A stretch of DNA of 64,000 nt from a virus: positions 32,001-96,000 of the IMG/VR virus record IMGVR_UViG_3300020447_000001; one strand, given 5' to 3'. A program made the position numbers and the translations under genes. The notes under the pieces were generated by a model. The model ran no database searches. It saw only the letters and a program-made list of their open reading frames with translations, and had not been told where the DNA came from. Below are positions 1-11,252 of this stretch, in pieces (within the stretch, counting starts at the first letter, position 1; every line of letters starts with the position of its first letter).

Positions 1-2
1 AT

Positions 3-1103
3 CCTGCGTCCATCGGGTTTATAGATTTTAACGCAGAAGAATTAGGCTTTGATTCCGGTAAGCCTGTTATTGAAGGTTCGCGTTTAGTAAATCGCATAGC
101 TATTAATTCAGAGCCAGGGCTAGGTACCGGTACTTTTCCAAGTTGTAACCCGGATGACGTCCAAGCTCCTTTGCGGCGTCTAAATAACACAAAAGCCGAC
201 GATACACAAAATATAACTTTGGATTCTGGTGTTGACTGTATTAGGCTACAACGGCCTGTGACGTTAGTAAATGATTGTCCTCGTCAGTTTGAGTTTGACG
301 CAACAGTCACACCCGACGGAGCGATCACTAACCGGTTTGTTAACGATTGTGTGTCGTGTTGCGACTGCGATTATTTTGCACGCACGTACCAAGGTTTAAA
401 GCGACAATGGAATGCTTATCAAGTAATTGCGGACGATACTATAGAAGCGAGGGATCAGTTCGAACAAAATGTTACGCGATGGAATTATCAAAAAGAATGC
501 CGGGAAAGTAATCCGGTTATGTTGATAATTCGTGTATTGCCAAATTGTACTGTAGATGTAGGAGTAACTTTTGGTAATACAAGTGGATGTTGTTTAGTTG
601 ATGTTCATATGCGATTAACGTTTGAATACTATAACGGTTCTGAATGGGTGATATACCCCACAGACGATTTGTGTGACGAAGGTATTATCCGTTCTATGGA
701 TGTTAAACTGACTCAAGATCGAGGTGAAGTAAAGACCGCTGTGCCGATTGGTAAGTTCCCCGTTATTGACATTCTAGCAGACTATTTACCGCCATCTGCC
801 ACGTTCCAAGTTGCAGCTAAATTATGTTTTCCTGGGTGTATACCCGCATCCCAATTTCGATGTCACGTACATATTTGGTGGGAGCACACAATAAACTCCG
901 TACATCTAACGTGTGATTATCCCGATGCAATAACTGTTGATGCCAGCGTTTTAGCTATTTGGAGCGCCACGTCTATGGACGTGCCGCCTTATGATATTAC
1001 TTACGCGGTATCGTCGCCTACTAAAGATTTAAACACTTCAAGCGCGTTTTGTACCTCTGACAATGCAAGTTGCGAAAGGCCGCCGGAGTGTAGCATTGGT
1101 TGA
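3..1103 (+). CDS. Virion structural/baseplate-region protein, 5' partial
   Basis: The frame of ORF 171..1103 stays open back to position 3 (PASIGFIDFNAEELG...), so the gene starts left of the window. Cys-rich; first of a run of co-oriented structural-type genes. Confidence 0.55.
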   Translation, partial: PASIGFIDFNAEELGFDSGKPVIEGSRLVNRIAINSEPGLGTGTFPSCNPDDVQAPLRRLNNTKADDTQNITLDSGVDCIRLQRPVTLVNDCPRQFEFDATVTPDGAITNRFVNDCVSCCDCDYFARTYQGLKRQWNAYQVIADDTIEARDQFEQNVTRWNYQKECRESNPVMLIIRVLPNCTVDVGVTFGNTSGCCLVDVHMRLTFEYYNGSEWVIYPTDDLCDEGIIRSMDVKLTQDRGEVKTAVPIGKFPVIDILADYLPPSATFQVAAKLCFPGCIPASQFRCHVHIWWEHTINSVHLTCDYPDAITVDASVLAIWSATSMDVPPYDITYAVSSPTKDLNTSSAFCTSDNASCERPPECSIG

Positions 1104-1149
1104 TACCCGTAGATAAGTGCACTGATAAACTACCCGTTGAGTTTTAATT

Positions 1150-3012
1150 ATGGCTGTTGTAAACCAAGATTGGTACAACTTAAATGAGTCGCGGCCTTAC
1201 CCGTTGGCGGATAACGCTACCGCTTTAGATAACGAAGGTAATTTTCTTCCGTCAAATATTATCACAGATTTACGTGTACGATGGCCGGATTGGGCCGGAA
1301 CATACGCCTTTATAGGTTCTGTTGCTGTTTCACCTAGCATAGCTACTGTAACTATTTTAGTAGCAACAAGCCTTTCTAGCGATTCTTCTTATATTCCAAT
1401 AGCTGTAGTTTCCGTTCCACTAGCAGATTTTCAAGAGGGGCGACAGTACTCTCTTGAATCTATGTATCCCGGTGCTTTTGGGTACATAACACTTGGATCG
1501 GGCATAACGGCGAATTATAGCGGTCGGTTTTTAGGCCCGGCTCAGACACTTCTAACTTCCCGAGCAGCAAAGCCCCACCCCGGACTACCGGTTACAAGTT
1601 TAAATAAGCTTAATGACCAAACCGCACTGACTGGTTTAATTAATTTACGTGCGGAATCTCCCCTTTTTATTACTAAAGAAAGGCGGGTCATTGATGGCGA
1701 TTCCAAGGACGCGATTGTATTTTCAATAACTGAAGACGCTAGTAGAATTACTACCGAAGACGCAATAGAAACAGTACTTCAGACGTTAGCCGGGAATTGC
1801 GGTAAAAGACCAGAGTCAGGTAACTGCGGATCTCCCGAGCCAATTGAGTTTGTTAATTCAGTTGGTCCTGATTGTAACGGATTGCTTACGCTGGAATTTA
1901 CTGGTTGCGCTGTAGTGGGCCGTAATGTATCAGATTTAAATACAACTAATTACGATGACGATACTATTATTGTAGATTGCACTTCTGATATTGAAGATAC
2001 CTGCGCTCCGCCGATTTTACCCCGATTGTCCGACGGTAGATTGCCTAGCGAATATACTCCTGTTACGCCAGATCCTCCGGAACCACCTCCTCCGCCACCG
2101 TCTACACATGAGAGTGTGAGTGCACCGTTTAAATCTCCAATCTCACTACCCTACTGTGAGACTTTTGAAGACGACGTAGCGGACAATTTCTTTGACGTAG
2201 GTGAAGTTCCTAACTCAGCAGTGGCGGGTGCATGGAAATTCGAAGTAGCGACAAGTCCGGAAGACATTTGTCGTGATGAATCAATTGACGCGTCAGAATC
2301 TATAATACGATCAGGCAGTTATTCAACTAATACCGAAACGGGCGTTACATCTCGTAACATGTCCGTTTGGTATAGAGACATTGTTTCCAATCCCAATAAT
2401 TTTCCAGATACAAATCAAACGGTTTACCGCACGTTTACGACAGACCTAAGAATTGTAGTGAATTCTACAGACACACCATTAGTAACAACAGCACATCCAG
2501 ATAATGTCCAACAGAACGGTGGACTACTAGTAAATTATCGAATTAATCCTGCTACAGGTGGTCAAACGTTTTGGACGGCTTACGTAGAGACTAGTGTCAC
2601 TCCAGCGTCAGGCACGTTTGGTATTTATTATTATAACGGTGTGCGGTTGGTCAAACTTACGTACCCCAGCGGTGGGTATGCAGAAATGACTGGGCAAAGC
2701 TTATATCCAGATGTTTGGTACCGATTAACATTAGATGTGTCTCTAGAACGAAATACTCACGCAAATAGAAACGTAGTGTTGACGTCGACATTAACTGGGC
2801 CGTTGTCTTCATGGTCGTCTGAACCAGAAACACCGCAAAAACTTACTATAGGTTCTGTGCTTGTGCCTGTTAACGAATACGAAAATGAAGCGACGTACGG
2901 CGACGACGGAGAATCAGGGTTAGCCGGTTTTTACGCCCGCAAATCGGCAACACAGTTTTCCGCCTGGAAAGTAGAAGATAATCGTAGCAGTCCATCACAT
3001 TTGTACTACTAA
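1150..3012 (+). CDS. Putative tail/baseplate structural protein (620 aa)
   Basis: N-terminal WYNLNESRPYP resembles WYNDNVNRSFP in 3941..5278; Pro-rich linker; beta-rich C-terminal domain. Confidence 0.55.
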   Translation: MAVVNQDWYNLNESRPYPLADNATALDNEGNFLPSNIITDLRVRWPDWAGTYAFIGSVAVSPSIATVTILVATSLSSDSSYIPIAVVSVPLADFQEGRQYSLESMYPGAFGYITLGSGITANYSGRFLGPAQTLLTSRAAKPHPGLPVTSLNKLNDQTALTGLINLRAESPLFITKERRVIDGDSKDAIVFSITEDASRITTEDAIETVLQTLAGNCGKRPESGNCGSPEPIEFVNSVGPDCNGLLTLEFTGCAVVGRNVSDLNTTNYDDDTIIVDCTSDIEDTCAPPILPRLSDGRLPSEYTPVTPDPPEPPPPPPSTHESVSAPFKSPISLPYCETFEDDVADNFFDVGEVPNSAVAGAWKFEVATSPEDICRDESIDASESIIRSGSYSTNTETGVTSRNMSVWYRDIVSNPNNFPDTNQTVYRTFTTDLRIVVNSTDTPLVTTAHPDNVQQNGGLLVNYRINPATGGQTFWTAYVETSVTPASGTFGIYYYNGVRLVKLTYPSGGYAEMTGQSLYPDVWYRLTLDVSLERNTHANRNVVLTSTLTGPLSSWSSEPETPQKLTIGSVLVPVNEYENEATYGDDGESGLAGFYARKSATQFSAWKVEDNRSSPSHLYY

Positions 3013-3037
3013 GACTTTTAAATAGTGGAATTTAACG

Positions 3038-3922
3038 ATGCCCAGCCAAATACGACATCCTGAGTGGCGACCGTCGTTAGAGGGTACGAAGTACCCGTTT
3101 GCCCCTGGTTCGTCTCTAGTAAACAGTGACGGAATATCCCTGCCTGAATCAGGGCTTATTGACGCTCATCTCTACCCGATTGGCGGTAAAGATGGAATTT
3201 ATATGTCTCAAATAGTGATCACTTATGACTACGTTACGTTTCATATTGGAGACAGCGAGAATTTATCTATTGCGTCTGGAGCAGTAGGTATGAATTCTCT
3301 CCTAGCTTCGCCATTAGATAAGCGTGGTGTTATTATACAGCTTTCAGATGGGCATAGTCGTCCTGCTGGTGTTTTAGTTGCTAGCGCTATTGGAGTAGCT
3401 GCTTTCAGTACTTTAGGTCTTGGGACGCATGAATTTCTACAGGCACAGACTGAGTTCGTAACTACAGTATGTATGCCTACTCCTGAAATTGGCGTGCGGG
3501 GTGTAGTTTTGGAAGACGGTTCAATTTTGCCAGAACTACACACCGACGATTTGTGGTTTGTAGGTGGAGATGGTGTTATTTTATCCTACGAATTGAGTAC
3601 CGCTAAAGTTAAATGTTCATCCGCTTTGGATACTTTCCCAGCTATTCGTGTCGACATAGTAGGAGATCCTTTGGCGCTTCGGAAACTTTGTGCGACGGCT
3701 TCTGGTTATGAAACACCCGCGTTTATAAAAACAATTCGTGTTCAAAATACAGTTGACGGTTGTAACACAGAGCAATTTGATATTAATTTAAAAGAACGGG
3801 ATGGGAAATTATTTATACAAGGAAACGACGACTTAGCTGCCCATACGTCATTACGTATTAATACCAGTGCTGAGGGGTCTATTGAAATATCTATTGCCGG
3901 ATCACCTAATTACGAAGTCTGA
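3038..3922 (+). CDS. Putative structural protein (294 aa)
   Basis: Long ORF in the structural operon; N-terminal EW...KYPF echoes the neighbouring paralogs. Confidence 0.5.
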   Translation: MPSQIRHPEWRPSLEGTKYPFAPGSSLVNSDGISLPESGLIDAHLYPIGGKDGIYMSQIVITYDYVTFHIGDSENLSIASGAVGMNSLLASPLDKRGVIIQLSDGHSRPAGVLVASAIGVAAFSTLGLGTHEFLQAQTEFVTTVCMPTPEIGVRGVVLEDGSILPELHTDDLWFVGGDGVILSYELSTAKVKCSSALDTFPAIRVDIVGDPLALRKLCATASGYETPAFIKTIRVQNTVDGCNTEQFDINLKERDGKLFIQGNDDLAAHTSLRINTSAEGSIEISIAGSPNYEV

Positions 3923-3940
3923 CACGTAGGAATTATAAAA

Positions 3941-5278
3941 ATGGCACGTCCTGGTTGGTACAACGATAACGTAAATCGGTCCTTTCCGTTTTTAGAAACG
4001 ACTACAGGCGAATATTATCTTGAGTCACAGGCCGTTTCAGCTATGTCAGGTGATTTGATCACCCCAATAAGCATTTACTCTCCGACTCACGGGTTAGAAT
4101 CCGGCTACGAAATTGTAATCAGCGGTTCAACAGGAAATACCGCAGCTAATGGGACATGGACAATCACTAAGCTAGATGAGAATAACTTTTCGATCAACGA
4201 AACCGGGAATGGAACTTACGAGGCGTACGCAGAGTGGAGTTTGCAAAAGCCGCCGTCAATGAGATATCTCCCGAGTTATTACGTTGTTGATTGTGGGTTT
4301 ACTCTAGGTGGTAACGCTTCTTTTCCTGTGAACACTAGCCGTAGACTTCCCGCAATTGAAAACCTAGAGGCGGCAGTTTACTTAAAAAGAGTTTATCGTG
4401 CTGGCAATGAAGTTACTTTTGAGTTTCGTTGTACAGACCCCCAGATCAACGAGAAATATCCTCTAGTATTTACAAGAGATATTACTGTCCACACTGAGTA
4501 TGACGTAGAGTATGCAGACAGTGATTCTCCGGATGCTCCTGACAGCACTAGCGAGTCTGTGCCTGCTAGTTGCCAGATGCCTTTTTGGAGCGGCTATCTC
4601 GTCACAGGCGATATGGCTTTAATCGCTGCAAATCTGCCGGACGGGGAAAGTATAACCGCGCTAGATTGGGCTTTAACTGCAAGCAATACCCCTGTCGAGG
4701 CGCAAGAGGCTGTAGTTGAGCCGTCTGTTATTCAGAATTTATCTCGTGCAGTTGTATCTGGGATAAACATTGCGAATGACGATCGAACTAGAGCTACTCC
4801 CCCCAACATGAAGACTGAGGACGGGGAAGATACAGACGGTTGTGAGCCTTTTGAATGGCCGTTTGGCCTCATACCAGACGGATATTCGTATGTAACAGAA
4901 CAATGTCTTACGGGGGATGTCCGTTTTAAACCCGGATATAACGCAATAATAGTTTCAGATGCGACTAGTAACACAATTACGTTTCGTGCCGCATTAGGTG
5001 CAGGCGAAGGTCAGCCATGTAATCACGAAACAAAACTATTTCCTGAGGAAACTGGACCTACTTCAGCAGGCAATACTTGGGATAATAACCTGCTAGAAGG
5101 AGGTCCAATTTGTAAGGAGGTGGCGAGATCTGTTAATGGAATCGGTGGTCCGCTTATAAATTTTGTGGGCGGGCAGGGAGTCAGTATTGTTCCAGACCCT
5201 AGTAAAAATAAAGTAACAATTGATGTAGATCTAACAAGCATGGATTTATGTCAATATAGTACATATTCTGTCGGTTAA
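3941..5278 (+). CDS. Putative tail/baseplate structural protein (445 aa)
   Basis: WYNDNVNRSFPF N-terminus and GAGEGQPC / SVNGIGG motifs partly echoed in neighbours; RBS aggaat upstream. Confidence 0.55.
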   Translation: MARPGWYNDNVNRSFPFLETTTGEYYLESQAVSAMSGDLITPISIYSPTHGLESGYEIVISGSTGNTAANGTWTITKLDENNFSINETGNGTYEAYAEWSLQKPPSMRYLPSYYVVDCGFTLGGNASFPVNTSRRLPAIENLEAAVYLKRVYRAGNEVTFEFRCTDPQINEKYPLVFTRDITVHTEYDVEYADSDSPDAPDSTSESVPASCQMPFWSGYLVTGDMALIAANLPDGESITALDWALTASNTPVEAQEAVVEPSVIQNLSRAVVSGINIANDDRTRATPPNMKTEDGEDTDGCEPFEWPFGLIPDGYSYVTEQCLTGDVRFKPGYNAIIVSDATSNTITFRAALGAGEGQPCNHETKLFPEETGPTSAGNTWDNNLLEGGPICKEVARSVNGIGGPLINFVGGQGVSIVPDPSKNKVTIDVDLTSMDLCQYSTYSVG

Positions 5279-5293
5279 CGAAGAGTTCATATT

Positions 5294-7393
5294 GTGGCTA
5301 CATCCACCGAATGCCCACAAGGCAACCAAACTCCTGTATTTGACATTGAAAAATGTCAAGTTCCGTGCATATTCCCTATTCCCGACGGGACATGGGGTAA
5401 TTTCTGGTTGCCGCAAGGACCTGAGCCTATATTTGACTTTGAAGATCCTGTTCAAATTCCACTAGCGCCGGATATTCCATGTCCTGTGTTTACCGTGGGT
5501 TCCCAAGCTGATGTTTTAGTAAGGGAAGTTACGTTTGTATGCGCAGACGGCGCACAAGGTGCTCAAGTAGCGGGAAAGCTTGAAGTTACACTTACCAAAG
5601 AAGATTGTTGTGCTTTTGACCTAGATTTTGATTTAGAGATACCGTGCCCGGTACTTTTGCCGCAAGTCACAGTTAGTTCGACCACATCGCCCTATCCCAC
5701 GGCTTCGAGTGGATCAGCGGCATCGACTTGGGCTTCTCTTACAATTTTAAGTTGCGGTAGCGGTGGCGCTCAAGAGCAACAAGAGATGAGCGGTTGTGCG
5801 TTCGACTTGGGGCTAGAAATAAATTTCCCGTGCCCATCTATTTCTGGTAGTGGTGCGGGCTCAACAGAAATAGTAGAGGTCGGCGAAGAATCAGCAACAT
5901 TACTTGTTACCAAAGAAGACGAATGTACGCTTGATTTTAATTTAGACATTAAATTTCCGTGCCCCACAATCGCCCTTACCCCGACATCTTCAACAACGGC
6001 TGGTTATCCTGGCGTATTTACCATTGAAGAGGGGGCAGGTAATAACCCAGCCAATTGTGAGTTTGAGTTTGACTTAGAAATTAAATTTCCATGTCCCGCG
6101 ATAACTAAAGGGTCACAAACTAAAAGTGTTGTTGAGATTGGAAGTGAATCTGCCAACCTTGGCATTTCTAAGGGCGGTAGCTGCGACTTCACCTTCACGC
6201 TCGACATTAAATTTCCATGCCCGAAAATTCAAGTTACTCCGGGCGCTGGCGGCACTGGGGGAACAACGTGGCCGATAGTACCTGCTACACAGAGAAAGGC
6301 ATTGCTCACAGTCTCAAAAGGGGATTTTGGAACTGATTGCGACTTCAATTTCGCGCTCGATATAAAATTTCCCTGCCCTAAAATCGATACGTCGGCAGCA
6401 TCTAACAACGCGAAATGGTCTACGGGGGCCGGTAAAGCTGAAATTACGATGCCAGACGAGGGTGAAGGCGACGAAGATTGTGCGTTTGACATGGAATACG
6501 ATATTCAATTTCCATGTCCCACCTTTGAGAAGCATATAGTCACCGTCCTCCCCAATCCGGAAGAGGGACCACCTACTGCCTACATTCAGTTCTCTCGGCA
6601 ATCCACATCTACAAAATGTGAATACGGCTTTACATTTTACATTAAATTTCCTGTTGTGGGACCACAGGGACCAACTGGACCAGCCGGTCCACAGGAGGGA
6701 GCTACCGGATTTACAGGCTACACCGGATTTACTGGGTATACCGGATTTACTGGATATACCGGATATACCGGATTTACTGGATATACTGGATATACTGGAT
6801 ATACAGGCTACACCGGATTTACTGGAGCTACCGGACCAACTGGATATACCGGATTTACTGGATTTACTGGATTTACTGGATTTACTGGATATACCGGATA
6901 TACCGGATTTACTGGATATACTGGAAAGACTGGATATACCGGATTTACTGGAGCTACCGGACCAACTGGATATACCGGATTTACTGGATTTACTGGAGCT
7001 ACCGGACCAACTGGATATACCGGATTTACTGGATTTACTGGAAAGACTGGGCCTACTGGACCAACTGGATATACCGGATTTACTGGATTTACTGGATTTA
7101 CTGGATTTACTGGAAAGACTGGGCCTACTGGACCTACTGGGTTTACTGGATTTACTGGGTTTACTGGAGCTACTGGGTTTACTGGATTTACTGGGTTTAC
7201 TGGAGCTACCGGACCTACTGGAGCTACTGGATTTACTGGATTTACCGGGTTTACTGGAGCGACAGGCGGTGACGGCGGCTATGACTGCGTCGCAGTTATG
7301 AATTGTATCAGTAATGGTGAAACCGGACCTGCGGTTTTATATTTGGATATCAATGGTAATATCTCTTGGAAGTCTGTCTCCGCATGCCCCTAA
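5294..7393 (+). CDS. Collagen-like tail fibre protein with N-terminal C-x-F-x-F-x-L-x-I-x-F-P-C-P repeats
   Basis: About 8 copies of the FPCP motif in the N-terminal half, then about 200 aa of Gly-X-Thr triplets. Confidence 0.85.
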   Translation: MATSTECPQGNQTPVFDIEKCQVPCIFPIPDGTWGNFWLPQGPEPIFDFEDPVQIPLAPDIPCPVFTVGSQADVLVREVTFVCADGAQGAQVAGKLEVTLTKEDCCAFDLDFDLEIPCPVLLPQVTVSSTTSPYPTASSGSAASTWASLTILSCGSGGAQEQQEMSGCAFDLGLEINFPCPSISGSGAGSTEIVEVGEESATLLVTKEDECTLDFNLDIKFPCPTIALTPTSSTTAGYPGVFTIEEGAGNNPANCEFEFDLEIKFPCPAITKGSQTKSVVEIGSESANLGISKGGSCDFTFTLDIKFPCPKIQVTPGAGGTGGTTWPIVPATQRKALLTVSKGDFGTDCDFNFALDIKFPCPKIDTSAASNNAKWSTGAGKAEITMPDEGEGDEDCAFDMEYDIQFPCPTFEKHIVTVLPNPEEGPPTAYIQFSRQSTSTKCEYGFTFYIKFPVVGPQGPTGPAGPQEGATGFTGYTGFTGYTGFTGYTGYTGFTGYTGYTGYTGYTGFTGATGPTGYTGFTGFTGFTGFTGYTGYTGFTGYTGKTGYTGFTGATGPTGYTGFTGFTGATGPTGYTGFTGFTGKTGPTGPTGYTGFTGFTGFTGFTGKTGPTGPTGFTGFTGFTGATGFTGFTGFTGATGPTGATGFTGFTGFTGATGGDGGYDCVAVMNCISNGETGPAVLYLDINGNISWKSVSACP
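6659..7268 (+). repeat. Coding tandem 9-nt repeats (ggatttact / ggatatacc) encoding collagen-like G-F/Y/A/P-T
   Basis: Directly visible tandem repeats. Confidence 0.95.
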
Positions 7394-8311
7394 GTGTGTT
7401 TAAGCAATATGCCTTTGTGGTTAAACGACAATAAGATAGTAATTGATTCCTCTGGCTATCCCATTGATTGTGCTCATTGTCCTTGTGACGATATTCCCGA
7501 TGTAGATTGTGAGCAGTGTTCGTATTGGGACACGGATCATTATGTACACACCGCAAAGGAGAATTTAACTTTAACCTATACTGGATTTAGCGAAGGCAGC
7601 TGCGGCTTCCCACAATCAACTGTTCCATCGGTAACATGTAGTTCTGTTCCGGTGGAGTCAGATTGCCCAGCCAGTTGCGCTGCTATGAATAGCTCTTGGA
7701 CACTAGAACATGGGCGTTTCGCAAACGACTGCACATGGTGTGTACCGCATGACCTATGTACGATAAGCACGTGGCCTGGAATTAGCGTATTCGCCCATCA
7801 TTTTTTTGATTCCTCGTGTCTTTACTTCTCAAGCGCTCTAGGTGGTTCGAATGATTATGTCAAGCTGATCCTACAGCTAAATGGGGCAGATTACTCATGG
7901 CATATCCGCTGGGAAAAAGTTGTTGCCCGGCCTGGTCCTCCGCATTATGACCCAGGTTGTCTGGGGCCTGATTATTTCTTCAACTGGTGTGGTGCTGCGG
8001 ATGGTTTGTGTAGCCCACATTATAAACCTGATTGTTCTCAAATGGGAAACGGGGACTGCGCCGTATTTACGGCTGCTGACCTAGCGAGCATATACTGGTT
8101 CGGGATATATTGGTCTCCATCCATCTCGATTCCTTTCGAAAACGATGTTTACACTTGTTCTTTTCCTGGTGGCGATTGCCCCTGCGATGTCGGCTGGGCT
8201 GGCTCTGTGATACCGGCAAGTGGTCCCGGAGCACACCACACGCTCAACCATCAGATAACTACAACGTCGCTACCTGGATCTAGTATTACCGCCACTATTA
8301 CAGGCTGGTAA
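7394..8311 (+). CDS. Cys-rich fibre-associated protein (probable start ATG 7409)
   Basis: Many Cys (DCAHCPCDD etc.); immediately follows the fibre gene. Confidence 0.55.
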   Translation: MCLSNMPLWLNDNKIVIDSSGYPIDCAHCPCDDIPDVDCEQCSYWDTDHYVHTAKENLTLTYTGFSEGSCGFPQSTVPSVTCSSVPVESDCPASCAAMNSSWTLEHGRFANDCTWCVPHDLCTISTWPGISVFAHHFFDSSCLYFSSALGGSNDYVKLILQLNGADYSWHIRWEKVVARPGPPHYDPGCLGPDYFFNWCGAADGLCSPHYKPDCSQMGNGDCAVFTAADLASIYWFGIYWSPSISIPFENDVYTCSFPGGDCPCDVGWAGSVIPASGPGAHHTLNHQITTTSLPGSSITATITGW

Positions 8312-8317
8312 TAACAT

Positions 8318-10402
8318 ATGCGCAATAAATACCGATTAATTCTTCGACATCGCTGGGCTCTAGGCGATACGGTATTATTAACTTCCCTTGTTCGAGATAT
8401 TCACCGCGCACATCCAGGTGAGTACGAAATTAAAGTTGAAACAAACTGGTCTCCTGTGTGGACTAACAATCCCCATGTTACTAGTTTCGAAGAAGCCGGA
8501 TTACCGCGAGCACAACGTATTGAAATAGGATGGGGAGACGGCATTAAGTGGAATGGGTATGCAAAGTTTAACGATAAGAAAGAAATGCGGCACATTCTAG
8601 CTTGGTATCATTACGATTTTACTCGTAAGACTGGTATCGAAGTTCCTGTTACCGACCCACGCCCTGACTTACATCTATCGCCTGCTGAAATTAAACCACG
8701 AGTGCAAGGAAGATACTGGGTCATACTATCAGGCGGTAAGCTAGATCTCACTAATAAACATTGGCATGCTCATAGAGTGCAAGAGACTGTAAACAGGCTA
8801 AAATCCTACGGATTACAGTTTGTCCAATGTGGTGCTACTCACAGCAGACATATCCACCCTCCATTAGAGGGTGTTTTAAATCTTGTAGGTAAGACAGACA
8901 ATGTTAGAGATTTCTGGAACGTCGTACTTCATTCTGAAGGCGTTATCTGTCCGGTGACAGGAGCTATGCATATTGCAGCAGCGTTCAATCGCCCATGCGT
9001 AGTTATTGCGGGAGGCCGTGAAGAGCCTTGGTTTGAAGCTTATTGTGACAATTTCGAAGCTTTCGGTCCTTCGGCTAAACCCGTAGTAATGCCACATAAA
9101 TTCCTGCATACTATAGGTTTGTTGGCTTGTTGTGACATTCAGGGGTGCTGGAAAAAACGAGTTATCCCTGTTGATCAATCGGATTTGTCTAGCAAAGCAC
9201 ACACTTTATGTCGTCAACCTGTGCGACCTGTGAATACACATGCTGTGCCAAGGTGCATGGATTTGATAACTGTGGATCATGTAGTGGAGGCTGTAATGGA
9301 CTATTACGATAAAGACGTATTGCCGCCTATTGGGGAGCCTAAGGGAGCATACCCAGACATTGTACCTACAGAAAATACCGCAGCTCCCACTACTGAAAAA
9401 CCAGTAGTAGCTCCAGAAGCTCCGCCTAACATTGTGGTTCCAACAGTAGAATTGCGAGAAGCTCCAAAAATATCCGGAGGCCCCGTTCTTCTTAGAGATC
9501 CGTCAGTTCACGCTAAAACACAACGTCCGGATCAGCAAATGCATCCGCAAGAGGCACAGTTGCAGTTAAATAAACCTCCTCTTAAAGCAAGAGCTGCGGT
9601 CTCGGAGCTTGATAATCCAATTATTGGCGGTCGGTACACAGTATTTGTATTGTGTTACGGTGATCATGTTGAGTTAGTAAAACGTTGTATTGATAGTATC
9701 TTAGAAACAGTACCAATACCTAGAATTGATTTACGTGTTGGAGGCAACGAATTAGGCCCTGCAACTATTCAATATTTGCAAACTGTTCCTGCCACTAAAT
9801 TATATCTTCACGCAGAAAATGCTAAAAAATATCCGCTAATGCGTGAAATGTTTTTTGATCCAAGTCATCCAGTTAACACGTCATATTTGCTGTGGTTTGA
9901 CGACGATGCTTATGTTGTAGACCCCCGTTGGTTATCTTTATTGACGTCAATGATTGTTGGCGGACATAACCAAGATTATCGGCTATATGGCAATAAAATG
10001 TTTCATGACATTAACGCATATAATACAGAAGATCACAATCCTTTACGTTGGTTCAGACATGCCGATTGGTTCACTGGAATGCCGTTACGTACCAGGGGTT
10101 CAGAGAGATTAGCTCCCAACGGTAGTGTCATAGATTTTGCTGTTGGTTGGTTTTGGGCTTTAGACGCCGTTTTAATGAAGACAGCGAATATACCCGATAA
10201 GCGCTTAAATCATAACGGAGGAGATATCACTATTGGAGCACAAGTACATCAGGCGGGATATAAAATACAACAATTTAATAAAGGTAAATCGTTAATCAGT
10301 ACGCCTAAAAAGGAAGAAGGCGGACGGCGTGTAGGCGGTTATGAGGAATCTTTTCCGTGGGTAAACCCTAAAAATGTATTTCAGCGGACATTTACGGTAT
10401 GA
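8318..10402 (+). CDS. Two-domain glycosyltransferase: N-terminal GT9 (heptosyltransferase-like) plus C-terminal GT-A/GT2-like
   Basis: LGDTVLLTSLVRDI; NLVGKT; VICPVTGAMHIAAAFNRPCVVIAGG (GT9 motifs); YTVFVLCYG and WFDDD (DxD motif). Confidence 0.85.
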   Translation: MRNKYRLILRHRWALGDTVLLTSLVRDIHRAHPGEYEIKVETNWSPVWTNNPHVTSFEEAGLPRAQRIEIGWGDGIKWNGYAKFNDKKEMRHILAWYHYDFTRKTGIEVPVTDPRPDLHLSPAEIKPRVQGRYWVILSGGKLDLTNKHWHAHRVQETVNRLKSYGLQFVQCGATHSRHIHPPLEGVLNLVGKTDNVRDFWNVVLHSEGVICPVTGAMHIAAAFNRPCVVIAGGREEPWFEAYCDNFEAFGPSAKPVVMPHKFLHTIGLLACCDIQGCWKKRVIPVDQSDLSSKAHTLCRQPVRPVNTHAVPRCMDLITVDHVVEAVMDYYDKDVLPPIGEPKGAYPDIVPTENTAAPTTEKPVVAPEAPPNIVVPTVELREAPKISGGPVLLRDPSVHAKTQRPDQQMHPQEAQLQLNKPPLKARAAVSELDNPIIGGRYTVFVLCYGDHVELVKRCIDSILETVPIPRIDLRVGGNELGPATIQYLQTVPATKLYLHAENAKKYPLMREMFFDPSHPVNTSYLLWFDDDAYVVDPRWLSLLTSMIVGGHNQDYRLYGNKMFHDINAYNTEDHNPLRWFRHADWFTGMPLRTRGSERLAPNGSVIDFAVGWFWALDAVLMKTANIPDKRLNHNGGDITIGAQVHQAGYKIQQFNKGKSLISTPKKEEGGRRVGGYEESFPWVNPKNVFQRTFTV

Positions 10403-10779
10403 ATACACGAGTTGGTAAAAAGTTGATTTTAGAGCATAATGTTGTGTATCAAATGTTCTCTGACCCATTGTTTTGGGAAAAAGTGCCAGAATTGCTGGAT
10501 ATGAAAGACGAAGGTGAATTAGCACACTATTTAGCGTTGGATAGGTTTTTCAACCCCCGAGAAGTAGCACCAGGATGTATGGATTGCGCTACCATAAAAA
10601 CAACATTGCAGCCTATTTTAAATAAACTCAGCTTACAAATCGCACAATGGATAGACGAGTCACCGGAAAAGACAGAGAATTTAGTTTCTTACTTAACTAA
10701 ACGTTTAGGCTACCGACCCGAATCAATTGTTATGCGATTAGAAAATAAGGCGGGTAAAACTCGTACTGTTGAATTTTAG
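10399..10779 (+). CDS. Hypothetical protein (CxxC)
   Basis: ORF overlapping the previous stop (ATGA coupling); CMDC. Confidence 0.65.
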   Translation: MNTRVGKKLILEHNVVYQMFSDPLFWEKVPELLDMKDEGELAHYLALDRFFNPREVAPGCMDCATIKTTLQPILNKLSLQIAQWIDESPEKTENLVSYLTKRLGYRPESIVMRLENKAGKTRTVEF

Positions 10780-10790
10780 GAGAGGTAAGG

Positions 10791-11246
10791 ATGGCTACTC
10801 GCCGAATACGATTAACCAAATATGCTGCGGAAAACGTTAACTACTCGTACTACGGGGCCTACCGCATGAAAGTTGCGGTTACGGACGTAGAGGGGGATGA
10901 TATTGATAAATACATCTTCATTTATCAGCGTCACCCGGACAGTCCGTATACGAATGCTAGCCAAGATGAATTTTCAGCCGTTTGCGGCCCCAGTCAATTT
11001 GCAACAATTCCCGCCGGTGCTCCGGATGCTAATCAAGGGTGGCCTTTCTACAGATTAGATTACGTTGAACTTGATTTCATGTCAGTTAATCAAGCGGATC
11101 AGGCATGGGAAGATATTAAGGTTGAGGTTAGTAAATTAGTTGAAGGCATGGGTAAGTTGACTGCTTTGGTTGCGGTAGAAGACGTTTGGTTTCCGTCCGC
11201 ACCTCCGGCTTCTTCGCAGTCTGAGTCCGCGTCTGATTCGTTGTAA
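10791..11246 (+). CDS. Hypothetical protein
   Basis: RBS ggagagg; in operon. Confidence 0.65.
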   Translation: MATRRIRLTKYAAENVNYSYYGAYRMKVAVTDVEGDDIDKYIFIYQRHPDSPYTNASQDEFSAVCGPSQFATIPAGAPDANQGWPFYRLDYVELDFMSVNQADQAWEDIKVEVSKLVEGMGKLTALVAVEDVWFPSAPPASSQSESASDSL

Positions 11247-11252
11247 TTATTA

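Noticed and set aside
6618-7301. 227-aa LLDLLD-repeat ORF
   Set aside because: Shadow frame of the collagen repeat.
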